A model generated the notes under the pieces. That model saw only the letters and a list, made by a program, of their open reading frames with translations. It did not search any database and had not been told where the DNA came from. Shown here one piece after another: positions 1 to 7,636 of a DNA stretch of 64,000 nucleotides. The stretch comes from Candidatus Eiseniibacteriota bacterium (GTDB lineage Bacteria > Eisenbacteria > RBG-16-71-46). The translations under genes and the position numbers were made by a program. Each line of letters opens with the position of its first letter. The first letter of the stretch is position 1. The DNA lies in NCBI GenBank assembly GCA_963717505.1, contig OY970342.1:1120001-1184000 (forward strand). The letters run 5' to 3'.

Positions 1-720
1 GCGTTCGAACTCAAGGACGACAAACGAGAGCTGCTCGACTTCATGCTGCCGTTCGCCTTCGCGATGCTGCTCGGGCTGAGCATCACCGTCGGCGGCCAAT
101 ACTTGCTGCAGGGCGTGAGCGAGGAGAAGGAGTCGAGGATCCTGGAATCGCTCCTGTGCAACGTGTCGCCGGGCGAACTGCTGACCGGCAAGCTGATCGG
201 TCTGGGTTCGGCCGGGCTCACCCTGGTGGCGATCTGGCTCGGCTTTGCTGTGCCGGTGTTGAGCACCGGGATCCTGGCGGCCGGGGTGTCGATTCCCCCG
301 GGGATCCTGCTCGCGGCGATCGCGTACTTCCTGCTCGGCTATCTGTTCTACGGCAGCATCATGACCGGCATCGGGTCGATGGCGTCGAACATGCGCGAGG
401 CGCAGCAATTCGCGGTGTGGCTGTCCTTCCTCAACTTCGTGCCGTTCGTGACCATGACCATCATTCTCGGCAAGCCCGACGGCCCGGTGGCGACCGCCAT
501 GTCGCTGATCCCGCCGACCGCGCCGGTGGCGATGATGCTGCGGCTGATGGCGCCGACCAGCTCGGTGCCGCTCTGGCAGGTCGCCCTTTCGCTCGGGCTG
601 TTGCTCGGGGCCGCGTGGCTGGCGCTGGTCGCCTCGTCGCGGGTGTTCCGCATCGGGCTCCTGCTCTACGGCAAGACGCCGAGCCTCCCCGAGATCCTTC
701 GCTGGGCAAGGCAGGGGTAG
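1..720 (+). CDS. ABC-2 family transporter permease (NatB-like), 5'-partial
   Basis: Frame is open from base 1; EEKESRILESLL...L.GK motif and multiple TM helices. Confidence 0.85.
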   Translation, partial: AFELKDDKRELLDFMLPFAFAMLLGLSITVGGQYLLQGVSEEKESRILESLLCNVSPGELLTGKLIGLGSAGLTLVAIWLGFAVPVLSTGILAAGVSIPPGILLAAIAYFLLGYLFYGSIMTGIGSMASNMREAQQFAVWLSFLNFVPFVTMTIILGKPDGPVATAMSLIPPTAPVAMMLRLMAPTSSVPLWQVALSLGLLLGAAWLALVASSRVFRIGLLLYGKTPSLPEILRWARQG

Positions 721-781
721 TCGCGACCGGGCGTTGTCGAGTCTCGGCACTGAGCGCTGAGCGCCCCCTGTTCGCAACGCG

Positions 782-1582
782 CTATCGCCCGGCCCGATTC
801 CGCGCCACCCGACGCTTCATCGCCGGGCTCATCAGCCCGCGCAGCGCATCCTTCCCCACCCAGCGCGGCGTCGCCTCCGGTGAGTCCGCCAGCTTGCGGG
901 CGAGCTTCACCGACGCCGCGTGCAATGCGGGGCTTCGCCCTCCGATCGCACGCAATGCCCAGTTCACGGCTTTCTTGACGAAGTTCCTCTCGTCACCGGC
1001 GCCGCGCTCGATCAGTCGCAAGTAGCGAACGAACACGGGGTCGGCGGCCCCCTTGTCGTGGAGCGCCAGGCACGCTATCAGTGCGAAGCCCGCGCGTTTC
1101 TCGAACTCGTTTCGCCGTTCGACCCACTGCTCCACCTTCTTCCATGCGTGCGTCGTGCGATCGAACAGGCCGAAGCACGCCGTGTCGCAGATGGCCCAGC
1201 TGTCGAAGTCCCGACACCAGCGATCCATCTGCGCCGGGGTGATCTCTGCTGGCTCCTCGACGAATGTCGCCAGCATGCGCGCCTCGTACCAGCCGGTGTC
1301 CCACAGGGCGGCGGCCAGGTCGTGGTTCCGCCCCAGGCGCTTGGCGTGCTGCCGTAGCGCGCCGACCGAGATGCCAAGGGCCTTGTCAGAAGGAATCGCG
1401 TAGCGCGCCATGCCTTCGCGGTTGCGCTGGGTGCCGGTGCGCTCGAGCCACGCGACCACGGCGGCGACTTCTTGTTTCGTCGAACCCGAACCACTCGAAG
1501 AGCCGGTTTTCGATACCGCCAGACTACGTGTGGTCTTCTTTGCTGCCTTCTTCTTCGAAGCGCGCTTCACCGGGGTCGGCAC
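782..1582 (-). CDS. DNA alkylation repair protein (AlkD-like HEAT glycosylase)
   Basis: LWDTGWYEARMLA, FDSWAICD, DERNFVKKAVNWALR motifs; GTG at 1582 follows AGGAGG. Confidence 0.88.
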   Translation of the reverse strand: MPTPVKRASKKKAAKKTTRSLAVSKTGSSSGSGSTKQEVAAVVAWLERTGTQRNREGMARYAIPSDKALGISVGALRQHAKRLGRNHDLAAALWDTGWYEARMLATFVEEPAEITPAQMDRWCRDFDSWAICDTACFGLFDRTTHAWKKVEQWVERRNEFEKRAGFALIACLALHDKGAADPVFVRYLRLIERGAGDERNFVKKAVNWALRAIGGRSPALHAASVKLARKLADSPEATPRWVGKDALRGLMSPAMKRRVARNRAGR

Positions 1583-1598
1583 TACGGTTCCTCCTGAA

Positions 1599-2003
1599 CT
1601 AGACCACCGGTGCTCGGCGCTGCCGAGCGCCGGCACCCAGCCAGCCGCCGATCCACGCGCACGGAATCGGCATCGCGGCGACGGTCAGCGCATACCACTT
1701 GGGACCGAAGCCCGGGCCCTGATTCCACGTGGCCAGCGCGCCGGCGAGTCCGATCGCAATGCCGATCCCACCCAGGATCCACGCGTGGCGCATGGGCTGG
1801 CTCGGGGCGAGTCGGGCCGCCAGATAGCAGCCGACGATTCCGAAGACGAACCGGTACGCAATCGCCAGCCACCAGCGCGAATCCGCCATCGGCTCGCCCG
1901 CCGGCGGGAAGACTCCGGTCGAGTGCATCACCAGGTCGGCAGCGATCGACAGGACGAAGATGGCGAGCAATCCGGCGAACACGGCTCCAATGCTGCGCAG
2001 CAT
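1599..2003 (-). CDS. small 4-TM membrane protein of unknown function
   Basis: MLRSIGAVFAGLL... after GGAGG; four hydrophobic segments; inside the arsR-SRPBCC operon. Confidence 0.8.
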   Translation of the reverse strand: MLRSIGAVFAGLLAIFVLSIAADLVMHSTGVFPPAGEPMADSRWWLAIAYRFVFGIVGCYLAARLAPSQPMRHAWILGGIGIAIGLAGALATWNQGPGFGPKWYALTVAAMPIPCAWIGGWLGAGARQRRAPVV

Positions 2004-2023
2004 GACGGCCTCCTTCTCTCGAG

Positions 2024-2509
2024 CTAGCGGGAGCCCGACGCCAGCAGATCGTCGAGTCGGTCGTAGCTGAACGCCACGCCCTCTTCCATCGGCGACTTGA
2101 GGACGCCGTCGCGCGCTTCGCGGGTATCGTAGAGAAGGGTCTGGGTCAGGGTGGTCCTGCCGCCCTTCTCGGTCAGAACGATCGTGCCGATGCACTCGCC
2201 CACGTACCACGGGTCGTCGAACTTCTCGTTGCTGACCAGTCGCTCGGGCGCCGCGATCTCGCGGAAGATCCCGCCCATGCCCATCTCGGGCCCGTTCTCC
2301 TTGCGCCACACGTAGCGATAGGCGCCGCCCACTCGCAGGTCCACGTCGCACACCACCATCGACCAGCCTGGAGGTCCGAGCAGCCAGCGCCGGATCAGTT
2401 CCGGCTTGGTGTGCGCGTCGAAGACCAACGTCCGCGGCGCATTGAAGTCTCGGGTCATGACGATCTCCCGGTCGCCCTTTGCCGTGATGCTCAGCGTTCC
2501 CGTGCTCAT
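2024..2509 (-). CDS. SRPBCC/AHSA1-like (START) domain protein
   Basis: REIVMTRDFNAPRTLVFDAHT.PELI.RW, DLRVGG.YRY motifs; follows an ArsR gene. Confidence 0.92.
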   Translation of the reverse strand: MSTGTLSITAKGDREIVMTRDFNAPRTLVFDAHTKPELIRRWLLGPPGWSMVVCDVDLRVGGAYRYVWRKENGPEMGMGGIFREIAAPERLVSNEKFDDPWYVGECIGTIVLTEKGGRTTLTQTLLYDTREARDGVLKSPMEEGVAFSYDRLDDLLASGSR

Positions 2510-2521
2510 GATGTCTCTCCT

Positions 2522-2902
2522 CTAGGGATTGGGGTCTTCGGGTTCATGGTCCTGGGTCTTCATCTCGTCCAGCAGGGAATCGAGGCGCCGGTAGGTTTCC
2601 TCCCAATACTGCCGGTACGCCTCCAGCCATCCGCTGGCGGCCCCGAGGGGCCGCGCCTTGAGCCGGCAGGGCCGGCGCTGCGCATCGCGTCGGCGGGTGA
2701 TCAGCCCGGCGCGCTCGAGGACCTTCAGGTGCTTGGAAATCGCCGGCTGGCTCATCGAGAAGGGCTCGGCCAGCTCAGTCACCGACGCCTCACCAGCCGC
2801 CAGCCGGGCCAGGATCGCGCGGCGCGTGGGATCGGCGAGGGCCGCGAAGGTGGCGTCAAGGTCGGGCTCCTTTGTCTCATAACCAATCGCTTTAGTAACC
2901 AT
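2522..2902 (-). CDS. ArsR/SmtB family HTH regulator
   Basis: LDATFAALADPTRRAIL, SQPAISKHLKVLERAGLI. Confidence 0.93.
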   Translation of the reverse strand: MVTKAIGYETKEPDLDATFAALADPTRRAILARLAAGEASVTELAEPFSMSQPAISKHLKVLERAGLITRRRDAQRRPCRLKARPLGAASGWLEAYRQYWEETYRRLDSLLDEMKTQDHEPEDPNP

Positions 2903-2937
2903 ACGGTTATGTTAGTGTGGGCCCGCACGCACGTCAA
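2896..2937 (-). promoter_or_regulatory. sigma70 promoter of the arsR operon plus candidate operator palindrome
   Basis: TTGACG (2937-2932), 17 nt, TAACAT (2914-2909), 6 nt before ATG; TAACC-N4-GGTTA at 2896-2909 overlaps the start. Confidence 0.75.
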
Positions 2938-3126
2938 CGGATATTTCAAGGCGTGGCCTCTCTAGACCTGCTCAACTCCCTCTCGTTCGGCCAGGCAGCT
3001 CGTGCAAGACGCTGCAAGCGACACGCTGCTGCGTGGCAAATCGCTGCCTTTCAGCCGCTTGAGAGGCCGGCATCGGCCGGAAATTTTCCACTGGCATAGG
3101 CCCCGGCACGCTGCGACAATCACTTG

Positions 3127-3389
3127 GCGCTTCGGCGTACGGGGACCGCCTCCGGGAACAGGACTTGCGAAAGTCCAACCGGAAGGTGGCCGGCGAGACC
3201 GGCCCCCCGAGATCAAGAGCCGTCGGAGGCTCAGTAAAGAGAGGGTCCCGCGAGACCCCTGACCACCGGCGGGATGGAAGGCGAACGATCGGGCACCAAG
3301 CGCCACGGGTTCGCTTCTCCCTCTTGAACGCGGACGTGCTCGTCCGCGGCAACGGGATCGCCCGGTCCAACGGCCGGGCGCTTTCGTTT
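3127..3389 (+). ncRNA. candidate structured ncRNA or cis-regulatory RNA (~260 nt), family unassigned
   Basis: Extended -10 TGcGACAAT (3112-3120), C-UUCG-G and GCGA tetraloop hairpins, nested stems, intrinsic terminator. Confidence 0.55.
3359..3389 (+). terminator. intrinsic terminator
   Basis: CGCCCGGTC-CAAC-GGCCGGGCG followed by CTTTCGTTT. Confidence 0.7.
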
Positions 3390-3466
3390 GTCCTTCGATC
3401 GCCAACGACTGGAGCCTGAACGGCGGAGCTTGCGCCGCGCGCGCGGCCTTCCGCACAATCGCCCGG

Positions 3467-5248
3467 ATGCGACAGCTCAGGCTGGGTCTCGCCCAGCTCA
3501 ACCCGACGGTCGGCGACCTCGACGGCAACTTCGACCTCGCGGTGGCGACGCTGGACCGCGCCCGCACCCTCGGCGTCGACCTGATCGCGTTCCCGGAGAT
3601 GTTCATCACCGGCTATCCGCCCGAGGACCTGCTGCTCAAGCCCTCGTTCATCGAACGCGCGATCGAACGGACCCGCGATCTGCTGCCGCACACGCGTGGC
3701 CTCACCTGCATGATCGGAACCGTCGAACGCGACTTCGATCTCTACAACGCCGCCGCCGTCCTGCACGACGGCCAGTGGGCCGGCACCTATCGCAAGCGCT
3801 ACCTGCCCAATTACGGCGTGTTCGACGAGAACCGCTATTTCATGCCGGGCACGCGGAATCCGGTGTTCGTCCGCGGCGGCACCGCGATCGGCGTCAACAT
3901 TTGCGAGGACATCTGGTACCCGGGCGGCCCGGTCGAGGACCAGGTGCTGCGCGGCGGCGCCGAGATCGTCCTCAATCTGTCGGCGTCGCCCTATCACGCG
4001 GGCAAGGCTCAGCAGCGCCGGCGCATGTTGTGCACCCGCGCCGCCGACAACCTGGCGATCGTCTGCTATGTGAACCTGGTCGGCGCGCAGGACGAGATCG
4101 TCTACGACGGTTGCAGCCTGGTGGTCGACGAGCAAGGCCAGGTGCTGGCCGAGGGCCTGATGTTCGAGGACGATCTGGTGCTCGCCGACGTCGACCTCGA
4201 GGCGGTGTTCGGCGCGCGGCTCCACGATCCGCGCCTGCGCAAGGGCCGAGCACTCGAGTCCGGCGAGCAGGTGCCGAGGATCGATCTACCGCCGCTGGCC
4301 GCGGCGGGAGCCACCGCCCGGGTGGAAACCGGCGCCGGCGGCGTGGCGACTGCGGTGCAGAGCCTGCCCGCCGTCGAGCGGCGTACCGCGGTGGCCCTCG
4401 ATCCGCTGACCGAAGTCTATCGCGCCCTGGTGCTCGGCACCGGGGACTACGTGCGCAAGAACGGCTTCGACAAGGTGGTGCTCGGCCTCTCGGGAGGCAT
4501 CGACTCGTCCTTGTGCGCGTGTATCGCCGTCGACGCGATCGGCGCGGACCGGGTGGTCGGCGCGTTCATGCCGTCCCGCTACACGTCCGAGGCCTCGGCC
4601 GAGGACGCCGGTCTGCTGGCGCGCGCGCTCGGGGTGACCTACGACGTCATTCCGATCGAGCAGGTCTTCGAGACCTATTGCACGACCCTCGATCCGCACT
4701 TCAAGGGTCGGCCTCCGGACATCACCGAAGAAAATCTCCAGGCGCGCATTCGCGGCAATTATCTGATGGCCCTGTCGAACAAGTTCGGCTGGCTGGTGCT
4801 GACCACCGGCAACAAGAGCGAGGTCTCGGTCGGCTACACCACGCTCTATGGCGACAGCGCCGGCGGCTTCGCGGTGCTCAAGGACGTCTACAAGACCATG
4901 GTGTTCGAGCTGTCACGCTGGCGGAACGCGCGCGGCGGCCCTCCGCCGATCCCCGAACGCGTGCTGACCCGGCCGCCGACCGCGGAGCTGCGGGCCGGCC
5001 AGACCGACCAGGACACGCTGCCCGCCTACGATGTACTCGATCCGATCCTGCGCTTCTACGTCGAGGAGGACCGCTCGGTCGCCGAGATCACCGAGATGGG
5101 TTACGACGAAGCCTTGGTGCGCCGGGTGTTCCACATGGTCGACCAGGCCGAGTACAAGCGGCGCCAGAGCCCGCCCGGGGTCAAGATCACGCCGCGAGCG
5201 TTCGGCAAGGATCGCAGGCTGCCGATCACCAATCGCTGGCACGCGTAG
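3467..5248 (+). CDS. nadE: glutamine-dependent NAD+ synthetase
   Basis: Nitrilase-type domain (FPE, K, NICEDIW) plus LSGGIDS, ENLQARIRG, TGNKSE, YTTLYGD. Confidence 0.97.
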   Translation: MRQLRLGLAQLNPTVGDLDGNFDLAVATLDRARTLGVDLIAFPEMFITGYPPEDLLLKPSFIERAIERTRDLLPHTRGLTCMIGTVERDFDLYNAAAVLHDGQWAGTYRKRYLPNYGVFDENRYFMPGTRNPVFVRGGTAIGVNICEDIWYPGGPVEDQVLRGGAEIVLNLSASPYHAGKAQQRRRMLCTRAADNLAIVCYVNLVGAQDEIVYDGCSLVVDEQGQVLAEGLMFEDDLVLADVDLEAVFGARLHDPRLRKGRALESGEQVPRIDLPPLAAAGATARVETGAGGVATAVQSLPAVERRTAVALDPLTEVYRALVLGTGDYVRKNGFDKVVLGLSGGIDSSLCACIAVDAIGADRVVGAFMPSRYTSEASAEDAGLLARALGVTYDVIPIEQVFETYCTTLDPHFKGRPPDITEENLQARIRGNYLMALSNKFGWLVLTTGNKSEVSVGYTTLYGDSAGGFAVLKDVYKTMVFELSRWRNARGGPPPIPERVLTRPPTAELRAGQTDQDTLPAYDVLDPILRFYVEEDRSVAEITEMGYDEALVRRVFHMVDQAEYKRRQSPPGVKITPRAFGKDRRLPITNRWHA

Positions 5249-5256
5249 TTCGGCAC

Positions 5257-5289
5257 AAAGAAAACGAGCGGAGCGCCGGAGCGCCCCGC
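5257..5289 (-). terminator. intrinsic terminator of the barrel-lipoprotein operon
   Basis: GCGGGGCG-N6-CGCTCCGC then TCGTTTTCTTT on the minus strand. Confidence 0.6.
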
Positions 5290-5314
5290 CCGTCGTCGGA
5301 TCCTGAAACGACGG

Positions 5315-5884
5315 CTACATGCCGCCCGAAAGCACCAGGATGATCCCGCCGTCGTCGACACGGAACGACTGGGCCGCGGCGCCGCCGGTCGTGTAGACGT
5401 AGGCGGTGAAGATGCCGTCGCCCTTGATCTCCTGGATCAGGAGGTCCTTGCCCGCCTTGGTGAAGAGGGCAGCGGACTCGTCCCACGTGATGGTGACCGC
5501 GTCGGGATTGGGACCAATGCTCTTCGGTCCCCACAGCTTCACCGCCCCGCCGGTAGTCGGATCGGTGAGGTTGGTGTCGTCGGCGGTGATCCACACCTCC
5601 ATGGTCCCGCCGGTGTTGGTCGGCCCGAGCGGGGTCACGTTGGTGAAGGTCCCGACGACCGCCAGGTCGGATAGCCCCTCCAGATCCTCTTTGTTGTCCG
5701 CGTAGTCGTCGATCGTGTTGAGATCCACGAGTTCGCGGTGGACCGGGTTCTCGGGAGGCGGGCCGATCGTAAACGGATTCGACAATTCGAAAAACGCCAT
5801 GATCTGAGCCTGGGTGATGAAGCAGCCGGTGAGCGTGACCGCGCCCAGCGCCAGGCTCAGCAGAACCGTTCTGAGTCCACGCAT
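5315..5884 (-). CDS. lipoprotein of unknown function
   Basis: MRGLRTVLLSLALGAVTLTG-C lipobox; GAGGAGG RBS. Confidence 0.8.
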   Translation of the reverse strand: MRGLRTVLLSLALGAVTLTGCFITQAQIMAFFELSNPFTIGPPPENPVHRELVDLNTIDDYADNKEDLEGLSDLAVVGTFTNVTPLGPTNTGGTMEVWITADDTNLTDPTTGGAVKLWGPKSIGPNPDAVTITWDESAALFTKAGKDLLIQEIKGDGIFTAYVYTTGGAAAQSFRVDDGGIILVLSGGM

Positions 5885-5895
5885 GTCGGGCCTCC

Positions 5896-6438
5896 TCACT
5901 TGCTGAACAGTTTGTAGGTGGCGCCCAGGGTCACATTGCCCCAGTTGCGCGCGGTATCGGAGTTGTCCTCGTCGAGCACGCTCGTGTATTCGCCGCGGAC
6001 GTCGATGGCCAGTGGGATGGCAAACGGCGTGAAGCCGATGCCGAGCCCGAAACCGTACTGGGTGGAGGTCTGATCCAGCCCCTCCCGCTCGGATGCGGTC
6101 GAGCCGATGCCCGCGAACGGGAACATCTGGAATCCGGTGCCGAACGTGAGCATGACGTTGGCGCCGTAGCTCGAGAGGTCGATGCCGCTTCGGGTCAAAT
6201 TGAAGGCGCCGACCGTTTCCTCGACATCGCCGCCGGTGGTCCAGGAAGCGTAGGGCTCCACCGTGATCAGCTTGCCGAGCCCGACCGGGGCACGGATGCC
6301 ATAGATCGTGCCTTGGCCGTTGTCGTCCTGAGCCACGGGGATGCTCCATCCGCCGAACGCGCCGCCGCCGATGGTGATGGCGGATGCCGGCCCGGCGGTG
6401 AGCGCCAGGACCAGGGCGCACGCTGCGAGTCTCTTCAT
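5896..6438 (-). CDS. small outer-membrane beta-barrel protein
   Basis: Signal peptide ending ASA, amphipathic Gly/aromatic strands, C-terminal LGATYKLF; GGAGGAG RBS. Confidence 0.82.
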   Translation of the reverse strand: MKRLAACALVLALTAGPASAITIGGGAFGGWSIPVAQDDNGQGTIYGIRAPVGLGKLITVEPYASWTTGGDVEETVGAFNLTRSGIDLSSYGANVMLTFGTGFQMFPFAGIGSTASEREGLDQTSTQYGFGLGIGFTPFAIPLAIDVRGEYTSVLDEDNSDTARNWGNVTLGATYKLFSK

Positions 6439-6574
6439 GGTCTCCTCCAGAAGTCGGCTCGCAGGTAGTGCGGGAGCCCCGCGGCCGTGGGTTGGGAACT
6501 CGCTGTGAATGTAGGAGGCACACGGGAGGCGGGTCAAGCCCGGCGACAGCGTAACCCGCGGCCGATGTTCGCTG

Positions 6575-7261
6575 CTACTGAACGACTCTCACCCCGACGA
6601 TCTTCGCCGAGCAGTAACGCGTCAGCCGATCGGCGAGGTGTTCGAGCGCTACCGATAGGTGTTTCGCCGATCGATCCACGGGACAGAACAGGACCACCAC
6701 CAGGTGGGTGGTTTCGGGGGTCACGGCGGTTCGCGCCGAGTCCGAAGTGGGTGCCCCGAAGGCGCCTTCGTCGTCGGCGAGCAGGAGCCGGCCCTCGAGA
6801 CCCACGCGCTGCTTGCGGATCCCGGGATAGCCCTCGCCCTCGCGGCCGACGCGGACCACCACGACGCCGCGGACCGCGTCACGGTCGTAGAGTCCGAGTG
6901 GAATCTGGTGTTCGAGCGAGCACAGGTTGCACACATCGACCGCAGCACTCACGCTCGGCAGTCCCTTGCCCTGCAGGACGCGCCTGAGCAGCGCTTCGCT
7001 GCTCGGGCGATGCTTGGTCGGGTCGAGGTCGAGCTGGTGAAAGAGCGCGCGGGTCTCGGCAACGCCGGGAATGTCCGCCGGCTGCTTGCCCGAGTAGAGC
7101 CCGACCAGCCGTTCCGCCAGCCGGTCTCGTTCCGCGACGAACTCCGCGGGCAGCGCTCCCTGGCGTGCCTCCGAGGCCTCGATCATCCCGATCGAGATCA
7201 CGCCTCGCAGCGCATCGTGTACGTCGAGGCGCATGCTGTTGGTGTGTGCCTGAAGGGACAT
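6575..7261 (-). CDS. stand-alone B3/B4 (PheT editing-like) domain protein
   Basis: DPTKHRPSSEALLRR, VDVCNLCSL, P.GLYD motifs; start could be 7234. Confidence 0.88.
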   Translation of the reverse strand: MSLQAHTNSMRLDVHDALRGVISIGMIEASEARQGALPAEFVAERDRLAERLVGLYSGKQPADIPGVAETRALFHQLDLDPTKHRPSSEALLRRVLQGKGLPSVSAAVDVCNLCSLEHQIPLGLYDRDAVRGVVVVRVGREGEGYPGIRKQRVGLEGRLLLADDEGAFGAPTSDSARTAVTPETTHLVVVLFCPVDRSAKHLSVALEHLADRLTRYCSAKIVGVRVVQ

Positions 7262-7636
7262 GGTGCCACTCGTCGGCGCAGCGGGTGCCTGCAGGCACCC
7301 GCTTCACCCATCCGAATGTCGGATGGGCGGCGGGAAATCCCTTTCCACCCAAAAGCGGGCGACCGAAGCCACCCTGTTTATCGGCCAAATCCTAGGTCTA
7401 CGCCGCCCACCCGACACCGCGGTGACTCGATTTCGGTCCGCGAGTTCCCGCGCGCACGATGCGCCGCGGGAAGGTGAGACAGCGCCGACGAATGAAATTT
7501 GCAAGGAACGTCGCGGGCGGCACCATAGCGTGAAGCTCCTCCGCGACAAAGTCATTTTTTCGTGAGGAACGAAACGCGCGGCGATGATTCGCTGTTAGAA
7601 ACAGCGTGTCACGGAAGATCGCCTGTATTCGGCGCA

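Noticed and set aside
3161-3180. GAAAGTCC resembling RNase P RNA P4
   Set aside because: Lacks the GAGGAAAGUCC context and the 3' ACAGAA...GGCUUA partner; here it is one arm of a local hairpin
3400-3420. ACTGGAGCC resembling the 3' end of the NAD+-I riboswitch as I recall it
   Set aside because: No matching 5' strand or internal stem is visible; too short to support
7335-7385. GGGTGG motifs on the minus strand suggesting a T-box
   Set aside because: No GGTGGNACC antiterminator bulge or recognisable Stem I
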